Shown here: in pieces, positions 47,295 through 56,962 of the stretch | Layout of the letters: the number at the start of each line of letters is the position of its first letter | How positions within the stretch are numbered: the stretch's first letter is position 1 | From: Candidatus Bathyarchaeia archaeon | GTDB taxonomy: Archaea > Thermoproteota > Bathyarchaeia > Bathyarchaeales > DTEX01 | Direction of reading: 5' to 3' | Assembly: GCA_038867895.1 (NCBI GenBank) | Contig: JAWBXL010000005.1 | Location: 7,340-71,339 of the forward strand | Length of the DNA: 64,000 nucleotides | Made by a program: the position numbers and the translations under genes | Notes under the pieces: model-generated | Seen by the model: only the letters and a program-made list of their open reading frames with translations | Told to the model about the DNA's origin: nothing | Database searches by the model: none

Positions 47295-48281
47295 CTAGAC
47301 TGGCGGGGGTGTAAGCATTCTTTTAGGCGAGGGCATCCTAGACCACCTTAAAAAGTCCTCCGAGGGTGGCTCATCAGAATATAATTTCTTCCTAAGCGCT
47401 TCGAGCATCTGATTTTCTCTCCCCAGAAACTCCGCGGCGGTAGAAACTCTATGACCTATACTCAAGGCATACTCATTTATTGGCTCAATTATGCTTTCCC
47501 ATCTTTCGTCTCTCAAGATGTGATGATCAAGAATAACTTCAGGCACATGCTTAACAATAGTCTTTATGTTCTCTAAGGAGATATTTATATCTTCCATTCT
47601 CATTCTAAAGTCCGCGAGGTATGTTGGTGGCCCACCTATTATAGCCAGCTTAGGCCTACCTTCAATAATCGTGTTTAGGGTTTCTCGGGATATTGGCCCC
47701 TGAACATCCGGCGCGAAAAGTATGTTTTCATCCTTATACTTTATGGTCGTCATTAGAACCCATCCTAGACTTGATTCTTCTGGACCGTGGAAAACTGGCT
47801 TGGAAAAAGATATTCTTGTGTCGCCAAAGATAAATGTTCTTTCATCAGCAACTTCAAGTTTCTCAGCGTGGCTTCCGCTCGTCCTAGCGAATAGCCATCC
47901 ACGCCTCCTTTGACTAAAGTTCACATGCTCTTTAAAGCTCTTTGCCAACACAATCTTACCTCCATATATTTTCTCAGCTATTTCAGCCGAGCACCAATTA
48001 TATGCCCAGTCAGTATATGATGGTGTGTGATGATCAAAGTGGTAGTGGCTGACTGTTATAACATCAGATTTCTCAGCGAACCTTACTATCTCCGCCCGCC
48101 TATTTTTGAGGGCAATATACTCACGTGGGTGGGGCGGAAAACCATAGCGGTTTGGAGCAAGCGAGACGCCAGCATCCAATAGCACCTTTACATCCGGGGT
48201 CTCAATATAAGTGCACATGGATCTAACCCCTAGACTCTCAAAGGCTACTGGTAGAACCGTTATCTCACCAGAATACTGCAT
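47295..48281 (-). CDS. Archaeal MBL-fold metallohydrolase (UPF0282-like)
   Basis: ESLGVRSM, SHYHFDHH, HG, DVQGP, GGPP.YL, DHH.LRD. Confidence 0.85.
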   Translation of the reverse strand: MQYSGEITVLPVAFESLGVRSMCTYIETPDVKVLLDAGVSLAPNRYGFPPHPREYIALKNRRAEIVRFAEKSDVITVSHYHFDHHTPSYTDWAYNWCSAEIAEKIYGGKIVLAKSFKEHVNFSQRRRGWLFARTSGSHAEKLEVADERTFIFGDTRISFSKPVFHGPEESSLGWVLMTTIKYKDENILFAPDVQGPISRETLNTIIEGRPKLAIIGGPPTYLADFRMRMEDINISLENIKTIVKHVPEVILDHHILRDERWESIIEPINEYALSIGHRVSTAAEFLGRENQMLEALRKKLYSDEPPSEDFLRWSRMPSPKRMLTPPPV

Positions 48282-48354
48282 CCTAACACCGCAATACTTA
48301 TTGAATAAAAAATATAAGAATAATTAAGATTTTGGTAACGCTTGCATCAATCGA

Positions 48355-48495
48355 CTAAAGAATCTCTTCTCGAAAAACCTCATATTTAACTTCAACATCG
48401 GGAAATCTTGCCTTAACATGCTCGACAATTTCTAGGACTTGTTCTCTTCTACAACCTATGATGATTACTGCATCACGTCCATCTTCACACATCAT
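48355..48495 (-). CDS. Small hypothetical protein, 46 aa (MMCEDGRDAVIIIGCRREQVLEIVEHVKARFPDVEVKYEVFREEIL)
   Basis: Below the ORF-track cutoff; GGTGG SD upstream; beta-alpha-beta-like amphipathic pattern; fills the gap co-directionally. Confidence 0.55.
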   Translation of the reverse strand: MMCEDGRDAVIIIGCRREQVLEIVEHVKARFPDVEVKYEVFREEIL

Positions 48496-48527
48496 GATTC
48501 CACCGAAATATAATGCTCTTAGATAAG

Positions 48528-48592
48528 GGGCTCAGCACTCAAGATCTACATCACTGATTCTAAGCTCAGAAGGGTCAGACTCGTCATCACCC
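48528..48592 (-). ncRNA. Box C/D sRNA (targets not identified)
   Basis: GGGT-G-ATGACGA(C)-GTCTGACCCTT-CTGA(D')-gcttagaatca-GTGATGT(C')-AGATCTTGAGTG-CTGA(D)-GCCC, with a terminal stem and 11-12 nt guides. Confidence 0.8.
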
Positions 48593-48687
48593 AAAAATAA
48601 GTCTTCTATAGACAACAATATTAAGTTAATCCCTTTAGAGAAGAATCCCTTGACTATATAAGCAAGATCCTACAAATAAATTTATTA

Positions 48688-49302
48688 TTGCAGCAGTCAT
48701 CACCAAAGCGTGGTAAAAAAAAGATGGTCGAGGAAAGAAGTATTAAGTTCTGGCAAGACTACGGTTCGCCCACACCAACCTCTGGACTAGAGGTTAGGGT
48801 GGCTATCTTCTTAGTGCTTTTGATGCTGTGCGTCTTCATAACAATTATTGGAACAACCACTAGGATTGAAATTGATGAGGCACGGAGATTAATTCAAGAG
48901 CAAAATAACCTAAGAGAAGCAGTAAAGAGCACTGGCCTTCAAGTAATTTTTGGCAATAATTTTATGCACGCATTAATAATGTTTGTTCCTATAGTTGGGC
49001 CCTGCTGGGGCTTCTACGTCCTATATAATACTGGAAGGTTCATAGCCGCCCTCAGCATTATTGAAAGAGTTAATCCCGTTTTAACAACACTCACATTATT
49101 CTTCTTCCCGTTCACTTGGATGGAATATATTTCTTATGCACTAGCAATATCTGAAAGTCTATTCCTAGCCTATTCAATAATTAGGCGAGAGTTTAAAAGA
49201 GAGTTTATAGTGGCATCCAAGTTTATTGTCTTCTGCGCGATACTTCTGTTGGCCGCCGCTTTCATCGAATTCCACATGATATTTCTTCTCGAACTACCCT
49301 AA
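48688..49302 (+). CDS. SpoIIM-like integral membrane protein; start likely ATG at 48724
   Basis: IFGNN..AL.MFVP..G, NTG, P...EY, LLLAAAFIE pattern. Confidence 0.75.
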   Translation: MQQSSPKRGKKKMVEERSIKFWQDYGSPTPTSGLEVRVAIFLVLLMLCVFITIIGTTTRIEIDEARRLIQEQNNLREAVKSTGLQVIFGNNFMHALIMFVPIVGPCWGFYVLYNTGRFIAALSIIERVNPVLTTLTLFFFPFTWMEYISYALAISESLFLAYSIIRREFKREFIVASKFIVFCAILLLAAAFIEFHMIFLLELP

Positions 49303-49371
49303 AAATTTAAAGGCTCTAACATGTCTACTTTTTATCGACTAGTAAATCTGTAAGCTGAAGGGTGTGTAATT

Positions 49372-50346
49372 TTGGGCTATGAGCTTTGGACCGAAAAATA
49401 TCGGCCGCGCACCTTAGATGAGATAATTGATCAGGATGAGATAGTTGCCAGACTTAAGAGCTTTGTTAAAGCTAAAAATGTTCCGCATTGCATATTTGCT
49501 GGGCCGCCAGGAACTGGTAAGACGACGGCAGCCCTCTGCCTAGCCCATGACCTCTATGGTGAGAACTACCGTGAATATATCATGGAGCTCAATGCCAGCG
49601 ATGAAAGGGGCATAAACGTTATTAGAGAAACCGTTAAAACTTTTGCGAGGACTAAACCTATAGGTGAAGTTACATTCAAACTATTGATTCTGGATGAAGC
49701 GGATAACATGACTGATGATGCACAACAAGCATTGAGGAGGACAATGGAGCGTTATAGTGAAACAGCCCGCTTCATTTTAATAGCTAATTACAGCGGAAAG
49801 ATAATTGAGCCAATACAGTCTAGGTGCGCTCCCTTCAGATTTACCTACCTACCATCTGATGCTGTTGCTAAGAGGATTAGGCATATTTGCGAGAGGGAGA
49901 ATGTTGAGATAACTGATGATGGGGTAGAAGCTATACTCGAGCTTAGCGGGGGAGACCTCAGAAAGACGCTGAATATCCTCCAGACAGCAGCCTCCACGGG
50001 CAAGCCGGTTACAGCTGACTTAGTATACGCGGTTGTGGGCAAAGCTAACCCAGCTGACATTAGAGACATGATGCTCACTGCCCTAAACGGAGACTTTATA
50101 GCTGCCAGAAATAAGCTAAAAGAGCTAACGCGAAAATACGGGCTCGCCGGAATAGATATAATAAGGCAGATACATGGCGAGGTATTCCGCCTCAATATTC
50201 CAGATAACTGGAAGGTTAATCTCATGGATATTATTGGCGAGATAGATTATAGGCTTGTCAGGGGCGCAACGGAGGAAGTGCAGCTCAGCACGCTTTTAGC
50301 GAGGCTCGTTGAAGCTGGCCACGAAATGAAGAAGAGCCTTAAATAG
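49372..50346 (+). CDS. rfcS: Replication factor C small subunit
   Basis: WTEKYRP, GPPGTGKT, ELNASDERG, LDEAD, SRC; no intein. Confidence 0.98.
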   Translation: MGYELWTEKYRPRTLDEIIDQDEIVARLKSFVKAKNVPHCIFAGPPGTGKTTAALCLAHDLYGENYREYIMELNASDERGINVIRETVKTFARTKPIGEVTFKLLILDEADNMTDDAQQALRRTMERYSETARFILIANYSGKIIEPIQSRCAPFRFTYLPSDAVAKRIRHICERENVEITDDGVEAILELSGGDLRKTLNILQTAASTGKPVTADLVYAVVGKANPADIRDMMLTALNGDFIAARNKLKELTRKYGLAGIDIIRQIHGEVFRLNIPDNWKVNLMDIIGEIDYRLVRGATEEVQLSTLLARLVEAGHEMKKSLK

Positions 50347-50360
50347 ATTGGGCGGTTTAA

Positions 50361-51602
50361 ATGTCCTCAGCATCGCCTCCAGTCCCATGGACAATAAAAT
50401 ATAAGCCTAAATCTTTATCCGAAGTTATTGGAAACGAGGAATCAAAAAAAAGGATAGTTGAGTGGCTGCGTTCTTGGGAGAAAGGTATACCCGAAAAGAA
50501 GGCGCTGTTTATTTATGGCCCACCCGGCATCGGAAAAACGGCGACCGTTGAGGCTCTGGCAAACGATTTTAACATGGAACTCATAATGACGGATGCAAGC
50601 ACATATAGAACTGAGGAGACCGTTAAGCGCTTCGCTGGGAGAGCATCTCAGATGGGTTCCCTATTTGGCAAGAAGAAACTCATCGTATTTGATGAGGTTG
50701 ATGGTATAACTGGCACGGCTGACACTGGTGGCCTAGCGGAGATAATTAAGGTTATAGAAAATACTAGGGTTCCGGTGATATTAATTGCAAACGACGCTTG
50801 GGATCCGAGGTTCGCGTCTCTAAGGGGTATCTCCCTCCTCGTGGAATTTAAGAGGTTACCTGTAACAGAGGTTGTGAAGCATTTAGTGAGGATATGCGCT
50901 AAAGAAGGGATTACTGCTGAAGAGAAGGCCTTAAAATTTATAGCGGAGAGAAGCAGTGGTGATGTTAGGTCAGCGATACTAGACCTGCAGGCACTCGCCC
51001 AAGGAAAAGACAAGCTAACCTATGAGGATGTCTCTTGGCTGGCTATGCGCGACAGGAAAGAAGAGATATTTAATGTTTTAAGAATGATTTTTTATGCTAA
51101 GAGCGTTACCTCCGCCAAAATGGCGGTTAATATGGCCGATATAGATCTAGATATGCTATTTGAATGGATATATGAGAACATTCCATATCACATTAAAAAT
51201 CCCTCCGAGCTCGCTGCGGCAATGGATGCTATCTCTAGGGCAGACTTATATAGGGGGATACTAAAGGAGACTGGAGACTGGTCTTTCCTTAGATATATCA
51301 TAGATTGGATGACTGTTGGTGTGGCCTTTTCTTGGAGTAGAAAGGCTACTGGCTGGGTCCCATTCAGGTTTCCTGAGCGCATAAAAACTGCATCCATTAC
51401 AAAAGAGGAGAGGGAGATGCTCGAGGAAATTGGCAAAAGAATCGGGAAGAGATGTCATTTATCCGCCTCACGCGCTATAGTCGAGGTTCTCCCGTACTTA
51501 GCCATAATACTCCAGAATGATCCTAAGATGGGTAAGGGTATAGCTAGGTGGATGAACTTAACTGATGAGATGGTCTCATTTATAATGAGGAGATATGGCT
51601 GA
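50361..51602 (+). CDS. rfcL: Replication factor C large subunit
   Basis: WTIKYKP, GPPGIGKT, FDEVDG, GDVRSAI.DLQ, RD; follows rfcS. Confidence 0.96.
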   Translation: MSSASPPVPWTIKYKPKSLSEVIGNEESKKRIVEWLRSWEKGIPEKKALFIYGPPGIGKTATVEALANDFNMELIMTDASTYRTEETVKRFAGRASQMGSLFGKKKLIVFDEVDGITGTADTGGLAEIIKVIENTRVPVILIANDAWDPRFASLRGISLLVEFKRLPVTEVVKHLVRICAKEGITAEEKALKFIAERSSGDVRSAILDLQALAQGKDKLTYEDVSWLAMRDRKEEIFNVLRMIFYAKSVTSAKMAVNMADIDLDMLFEWIYENIPYHIKNPSELAAAMDAISRADLYRGILKETGDWSFLRYIIDWMTVGVAFSWSRKATGWVPFRFPERIKTASITKEEREMLEEIGKRIGKRCHLSASRAIVEVLPYLAIILQNDPKMGKGIARWMNLTDEMVSFIMRRYG

Positions 51603-51606
51603 GATC

Positions 51607-52143
51607 TTAGGGCTCCTCTCGAATATGTTTTATGATGTGCCCAACCTCTGGCAATATTATTTCTTTAAGCGCCAAGAGAGCGCTCTGTGGAGAGCCTGGT
51701 AAGCAGAATATTACTTTCCCTCCAGCGACCCCAGCGGTTGCTCGAGTTATAACTACTGCTGAGCCAATCTCTCTATAACTTAGCATCCTAAATATTTCGC
51801 CAAAACCTGGAATCTCCTTCTCAAATAGTGGGTGAATGGCCTCTATTGTTATGTCTCTTGGGCTTAAGCCTGTTCCCCCACACGTTATTATAGCATCAAC
51901 CTTACGCGACTTAAGAGCTCTCATAATAGCCTTCTGGATCTGTTCCCTATCATCCGAAACAATCTTACGCATACTCACCTTATGCCCATTCTCCCTAAGA
52001 ACCCTAATTATTAGATCCCCAGTCTCATCATCTAATTTTCCAGTCTCAACATACTTCTTATATCTAGAGGTGCTGCATGTTATTACCGCAAAGTTTAGGT
52101 TCTTAGGGGCCTCGGCCTTATGCTTAAGGGTCGTCTCGCTCAT
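51607..52143 (-). CDS. moaB: Molybdopterin adenylyltransferase MoaB/MogA family
   Basis: GGTG.SPRD.T.EA, IPGFGE.FR, LPGSP. Confidence 0.93.
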   Translation of the reverse strand: MSETTLKHKAEAPKNLNFAVITCSTSRYKKYVETGKLDDETGDLIIRVLRENGHKVSMRKIVSDDREQIQKAIMRALKSRKVDAIITCGGTGLSPRDITIEAIHPLFEKEIPGFGEIFRMLSYREIGSAVVITRATAGVAGGKVIFCLPGSPQSALLALKEIILPEVGHIIKHIREEP

Positions 52144-52580
52144 TACTTATCTTTCACCTTTTTAACCACACGTATATCCTGAATCGACGTATAGGGGTAT
52201 TGCCCCTCAAAATCTTTCTCATATTTTTTAACCATGTCCCAGATGGTTAGCAGGGCCATGGATGCCGCGACGAGGGCTTCCATTTCAACACCCGTCTGGG
52301 CCCTAGATTTGACGGTAGCTTCAACCTCAAGGGTGCTCTCATCAACAATCTTCACATTTATATCCACGTTTGTTATGGGTATTGGGTGGCAAAGGGGTAT
52401 AAGTGCTGGAGTATTTTTTGCCGCAAGTATACCAGCTATTTTCGCAGCATATATTGGATCGCCCTTCTCAACGGAGCCCTCCTTGATCAGCCTAACGGTC
52501 TCCGGCCTAAGCTTTATTCTCCCCCTAGCAGTAGCCTCACGATAAATCTCCGGCTTAGCAGTTATATCAACCATGCTCAT
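52143..52580 (-). CDS. moaC: Cyclic pyranopterin monophosphate synthase
   Basis: MVDITAK, KGD, LIPLCHP, TGVEMEAL, WDMVK. Confidence 0.97.
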   Translation of the reverse strand: MSMVDITAKPEIYREATARGRIKLRPETVRLIKEGSVEKGDPIYAAKIAGILAAKNTPALIPLCHPIPITNVDINVKIVDESTLEVEATVKSRAQTGVEMEALVAASMALLTIWDMVKKYEKDFEGQYPYTSIQDIRVVKKVKDK

Positions 52581-52608
52581 GGCTACTCACATCACATTTA
52601 TTCAGATT

Positions 52609-53217
52609 TTACCGCCGCTGGAATTTAGAAATCTCCTCCTCAAGCCTACTTATATACTTTAGCAGTTCTCTAGCAGACTGCTCAAGACTTAAGACATTCA
52701 TCTTAAAACTTTCTAAGTTCTTCTTGAGATAGTCAAGTCTCATATGAACTGTCTCTGGCAAATATATCCTTGAAATATAGTCCTTAGCATCAGATATCTC
52801 CTTTAATCTTAAAACCTCAGATATACTCTTTGATGGATCCCTCACTACCTCCTTAGCTAAATTTATGAGATCTTGGCTTTGCGCTACAGCCTTTCTCAAA
52901 TACTCGATGGAGCTCTTTGGCGAGCTTTGCGCCTGCGCAGACACTTTTAGACTCTCGACAAAACTATCTATTGGCTGAATAAACCCACTAAATGCCTTCT
53001 TTATTGAAGATGCCCTCTCCGGCTTAAGAATCAGCATAATATTCTTAATCTCTTCGCTAGTTTCCTTCATACTCTTCACGTAATTTTCGGAGTCGGCTAG
53101 AAGCTTCGAGGGAGGAGCCTCTTCATAAAGGACATTAGCCAAAATATTTCTCGAGACGCTTTCTAATAAACTCTCAAGATAGGATATTTTAGACTCTAAA
53201 TCCTTAACCATCAACAA
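52609..53217 (-). CDS. Hypothetical alpha-helical/coiled-coil protein
   Basis: 202-aa ORF co-directional with moaC; heptad-like pattern; no recognised motif. Confidence 0.7.
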   Translation of the reverse strand: MLMVKDLESKISYLESLLESVSRNILANVLYEEAPPSKLLADSENYVKSMKETSEEIKNIMLILKPERASSIKKAFSGFIQPIDSFVESLKVSAQAQSSPKSSIEYLRKAVAQSQDLINLAKEVVRDPSKSISEVLRLKEISDAKDYISRIYLPETVHMRLDYLKKNLESFKMNVLSLEQSARELLKYISRLEEEISKFQRR

Positions 53218-53315
53218 AGCACATCACACTATAAAAGTTACTCTTAAGAGAGATAAAGATTTAATTTATATCTGGTTTTCGATCCGTTTTTATTTTTCCG
53301 AGAGGATACTCCATT

Positions 53316-54344
53316 ATGTTGGTAAGGGAAATGGCCAGAGAAATTTTTGAGGTTTCTGAGGATATTCCACTTTTAGGTTGTATTGCTTTTGGTTTAATTG
53401 ATAGGGGGACAAATGTTATCCAAGTTCGCCCAACAACAATCTGCCCTCTCTCATGCATATTTTGTTCAACGGATGCTGGTCCAACATCCAAGTTTAGGCG
53501 AACAGAATATGTTGTGCCACAAGATTATCTACTTGAAACATTTAAGAGAATCGTCGTCTTCAAGGGCAGTCGAAATATTGAGGCTCATGTAGATACCGTG
53601 GGCGATCCAATAACCTATAAGAACATAGTAGAGTTGGTATCCGGCTTAAGCCAAATTAATGGTGTAGAGGTCATTTCTATGCAGACGCATGGATCAATCT
53701 TAACCGAGAAACTCCTTGATGATCTCTCTGATGCTGGTCTGACCAGAATAAATATTTCTTTGGATGCTCTTGACCAAGATCTTGCACGGAAATTGACTAG
53801 GGCAGATTGGTATAACCCATCAAGAATAGTTGAGTTAATGCATCACATAGTCTCAAATACAAAGATTGATCTACTTATCGCGCCACTATGGATTCCCAGA
53901 ATAAATGATTCTGAAATGCCAAAGATAATTAGGCTTGCATTAGATTTAGGGGCTGGGAAAAAGTTTCCTCCCATAGGCATACAGAAGTATCTTGTGCATA
54001 AATATGGGCGGAAGGCTAAGGGCGTTAGGCCAATGCCCTGGGGAGAGTTCTATGAGAGACTCAGGAAATGGGAGAAGGAGTTTGGCATCAAGCTTGTTCT
54101 AAGACCAGAGGATTTTAGGATACATAAGCGGGCAAGAATCCCGGTGCCCTATAGGCGCCATGAAACCATACGCGTCGAGGTAATTGGACTTGGATGGCTT
54201 AGGGGTGAACTGCTTGCCGTAGATTTGAATCGAACTAGAAGCATAACTCTAGTAAATGCTCATGGAATTCCGATAGGCGCTAAAATAAAGGCCCGCATAA
54301 TATCTAACAAGGATAACATTTTTGTTGCCGAGCCCACTCCATAA
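53316..54344 (+). CDS. Archaeal radical SAM protein with C-terminal TRAM-like domain
   Basis: IDRGTN..QVRP, CPLSCIFC, SMQTHG; C-terminal OB/TRAM segment. Confidence 0.88.
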   Translation: MLVREMAREIFEVSEDIPLLGCIAFGLIDRGTNVIQVRPTTICPLSCIFCSTDAGPTSKFRRTEYVVPQDYLLETFKRIVVFKGSRNIEAHVDTVGDPITYKNIVELVSGLSQINGVEVISMQTHGSILTEKLLDDLSDAGLTRINISLDALDQDLARKLTRADWYNPSRIVELMHHIVSNTKIDLLIAPLWIPRINDSEMPKIIRLALDLGAGKKFPPIGIQKYLVHKYGRKAKGVRPMPWGEFYERLRKWEKEFGIKLVLRPEDFRIHKRARIPVPYRRHETIRVEVIGLGWLRGELLAVDLNRTRSITLVNAHGIPIGAKIKARIISNKDNIFVAEPTP

Positions 54345-54380
54345 TTATTTAGGTTCCCCTCCGCGGGATAGGGAAGGAGT

Positions 54381-55058
54381 ATGCGCATAATTATTGATAG
54401 AAGGGTTGCCGTAGATTTTCCGGAATTAAGGGTTCTTGCGGCTCTCATTGAGAATTTAAGAATCACTACAGAAAATCCTGACCTAGAAAACCTTAGGAGT
54501 AAGGTTATTGAGGAGGTTAAGTCTAAGTATAGAATTGAAACTCTGAAGGATGTTCCAAGCGTGAGGGCTTATAGGGACTTCTTCTGGAGGATTGGTTTAG
54601 ATCCAACTAAGAGTAGGCCGGCTGCTGAGGCGCTCATAAGGCGGATACTCCTCAAAAACCCTTTACCAAAAATCAATACTTTTGTGGATTCACTGAATAT
54701 AGCCTCCATTAAATCTGAGGTTGCGATAGGCTCATTTGACGCCGATAAGATTTCCGGGGATAAAGTTATCATTAGATATGCGCATGGAGGCGAGGAATTT
54801 TATGGTATAGGTATGAACAGGCCATTAATAATGAAGGGTTGTGAGATAGTACTCTTAGACAACTCTGGCTTAATTGCAATGTATCCTCATAGGGATTCAG
54901 AGCGGACAAAGATAACAGAGAACACCAAAAAAGCCCTTCTAATTTTCTGTGGTGTGCCGGGCGTAGGGATGAATATGCTAAGCAGATCTATGAATATAAC
55001 AGTCGATTTAATTACAAAATTCTGCGGTGGAACCATATCGCCCGTAGAGGTTGAGTAA
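54381..55058 (+). CDS. B3/4 domain protein (PheRS beta-like, putative tRNA trans-editing factor)
   Basis: RAYRDFFWRIG.DPTK.RPAAEAL.RR, LP.IN..VD..N, RDS.RT.IT. Confidence 0.88.
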   Translation: MRIIIDRRVAVDFPELRVLAALIENLRITTENPDLENLRSKVIEEVKSKYRIETLKDVPSVRAYRDFFWRIGLDPTKSRPAAEALIRRILLKNPLPKINTFVDSLNIASIKSEVAIGSFDADKISGDKVIIRYAHGGEEFYGIGMNRPLIMKGCEIVLLDNSGLIAMYPHRDSERTKITENTKKALLIFCGVPGVGMNMLSRSMNITVDLITKFCGGTISPVEVE

Positions 55059-55060
55059 AA

Positions 55061-55825
55061 ATGCCAAGAAGATTCAGGCTGCTTATGGAAGAATCAGAAA
55101 GAAAAAGAGATTCAAGAATAGTTTTAGCCCTCGATATAATTGATGAGAATCCAGAAAAAATCTTCTCAAGAAGTATGTCCATAATTGAGCAGGTTAACGA
55201 GTACATATGCGCCGTAAAAATAAATAACCATCTTATTCTACCCTTAGGTCTCTTTAATGGAGTAAAAAAGATTATTGAGAGATCAAAAGAGCTTGATCTC
55301 CCAGCGATAGCCGACTGCAAAGCTAATGATATCGGAGGCACAAACCGGGTAATAGCCGAAAATTACTTTAGAGCAGGGTTTGACGCCTTAATAGCTAATC
55401 CATTCGTCGGGTGGGAGGATGGTTTACAACCAATATTTGAGGTTGCCGATAAACTGGGGCGCGGCATCATACTTTTAACATACATGAGCCATAAGGCTGC
55501 TTGGGAAGGGTATGGACAAAACGTTTATGATGCAGTCTCCGGAAAGATAAAGCCCCAATACCTTATCTTCGCTGAAAAGGCTCTTTCATGGGGTGCCGAT
55601 GGTGTTATAGTTGGCGCAACATACCCGGAAAAAATAAGAGACGTTTACAGCATTTTGAGGGGTTCTATACCAATATATTCGCCTGGAATAGGTGCGCAGG
55701 GCGGAGACATAAAGAGAGCGGTCTCGGCTGGCTCACATTACCTAGTTGTTGGGAGATCAATAGTTGAAGCTGATGACCCATCTAAATCAGCCAGAAGCAT
55801 AAGAGACATTATAAACGAAGTTTAA
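55061..55825 (+). CDS. pyrF: Orotidine 5'-phosphate decarboxylase
   Basis: LALD, DCKANDIG.TN (DxKxxDI), MSH, VGAT, PGIGAQGG, VGRSI. Confidence 0.96.
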   Translation: MPRRFRLLMEESERKRDSRIVLALDIIDENPEKIFSRSMSIIEQVNEYICAVKINNHLILPLGLFNGVKKIIERSKELDLPAIADCKANDIGGTNRVIAENYFRAGFDALIANPFVGWEDGLQPIFEVADKLGRGIILLTYMSHKAAWEGYGQNVYDAVSGKIKPQYLIFAEKALSWGADGVIVGATYPEKIRDVYSILRGSIPIYSPGIGAQGGDIKRAVSAGSHYLVVGRSIVEADDPSKSARSIRDIINEV

Positions 55826-55849
55826 AAGGAACCAAAAAAGATTTTAGGC

Positions 55850-55925
55850 TGCAGCTGACCTTAGCTGTCCGTCCATTAGTCATTAGTATCTCCTAAGCGA
55901 CGGGCTTCTTCATCGGTCAGCTGCA
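55850..55925 (-). ncRNA. Candidate box C/D-like sRNA with an 11-bp terminal stem and variant boxes
   Basis: TGCAGCTGACC-G-ATGAAGA(C)-AGCCCGTCGCTT-AGGA(D'?)...ATGACTA(C'?)-ATGGACGGACAG-CTAA(D variant)-GGTCAGCTGCA; the stem is perfect. Confidence 0.55.
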
Positions 55926-55970
55926 CAACTAACTTATTTATAGACCAACAAGTTAAGCGTTTCCATTCGA

Positions 55971-56114
55971 TTATTTAGACCATAGTTCGCGTCTCAGGAG
56001 ATCTCTGACCGCAGCCCTTATAGCTGCACTTCTACTAGGATACATGTTTTGCCTAACGAGCTCATCGAGTCCCTCAAGATAAGCCTCCGGAAGTAAAACT
56101 GTAACTAACTTCAT
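55971..56114 (-). CDS. CdrS-like ribbon-helix-helix transcription regulator, 47 aa (MKLVTVLLPEAYLEGLDELVRQNMYPSRSAAIRAAVRDLLRRELWSK)
   Basis: Missed by the ORF track; GGAGGTG SD and upstream TATA; vT..lP....lD.LV....yPsRS.AIR.AVRdL signature of the archaeal CopG/CdrS family. Confidence 0.88.
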   Translation of the reverse strand: MKLVTVLLPEAYLEGLDELVRQNMYPSRSAAIRAAVRDLLRRELWSK

Positions 56115-56147
56115 GAAAGCCCACCTCCACTAACTCCACCTAATATG

Positions 56148-56160
56148 TTAATGTCATTAA
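56148..56160. promoter_or_regulatory. Palindrome TTAATG-T-CATTAA between the TATA box and the RHH gene; candidate autoregulatory operator
   Basis: Perfect 6-1-6 inverted repeat directly downstream (minus strand) of TTTTATAAAA at 56163-56172. Confidence 0.4.
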
Positions 56161-56359
56161 GATTTTATAAAAATTTTAGATTAAAATTCACCAAGTAATC
56201 GGTCTCTTTTAAGCGCTCTCAAAAAACATGTAAACAATGTATATAGATTTTACACTATTATAGTAAAAGGGTTGAATCCCTTCGACGCATTTTTGCTATC
56301 TATGTTTTTATGGCAATCATTTATGTTTAGGAGTTAGATCCCAGTAATAATCCTTCGAT

Positions 56360-56827
56360 TTATTCTTCTCCGCCCTCTTCCTCTCCCTCTCCTTCTTCTC
56401 TCTCCCTTAATAACGCTGATTTCTCTATAGAGGCCTTCTGCATAACGTCCTCTGTAACATATATGTCTGCACCAGCTCTAACAGCAAGTGCTATAACGTC
56501 ACTCGGTCTACCATCAATAATGCTTTCACCTTTCTCACCCTCAAGAATCACTCTCGCCAGAAATCTATTCGATTGAAGATCATAGATCTCACCTCTCTTA
56601 ACCCTGATACTCATCTCACCAAGCACATTCATCATGAAGTCATGGGTGTTTGGCACTGGTAGATGCTCCCCGCTTAAAGCAATAGCTATTGATGAAGCCT
56701 CTGCCCCGCCAACAGCTATAACTAAAACTCTTTCTCTATCGTCTTCTAGAAGGAGAATCGGGGTTGGACCGAAGGGTGTATCAACCTGCGCAACTCCAGA
56801 AACCCGAACTTTAGTAGATTCATCCAT
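56360..56827 (-). CDS. Bifunctional nuclease family protein (DUF151)
   Basis: I.VG..EA.SIA, P.THD, F.A...IDGRPSD.IALAVR. Confidence 0.9.
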   Translation of the reverse strand: MDESTKVRVSGVAQVDTPFGPTPILLLEDDRERVLVIAVGGAEASSIAIALSGEHLPVPNTHDFMMNVLGEMSIRVKRGEIYDLQSNRFLARVILEGEKGESIIDGRPSDVIALAVRAGADIYVTEDVMQKASIEKSALLREREEGEGEEEGGEE

Positions 56828-56962
56828 TAAATTACTTCCATTGATTGTTGAGTTAAATCTTTAGCTAACCCAATAAATATACTTTTCTATATAAGATTTA
56901 TTAGAATATATACTAAGAGAATATATACTGGAAGATGAAGTTTTATCAGAAACTTTCTTTTA

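Noticed and set aside
55895-55905. Plus-strand AAGCGACGGGC is antisense to the 16S rRNA 1400 region
   Set aside because: No C/D boxes flank it on the plus strand; the box geometry supports the minus strand instead.
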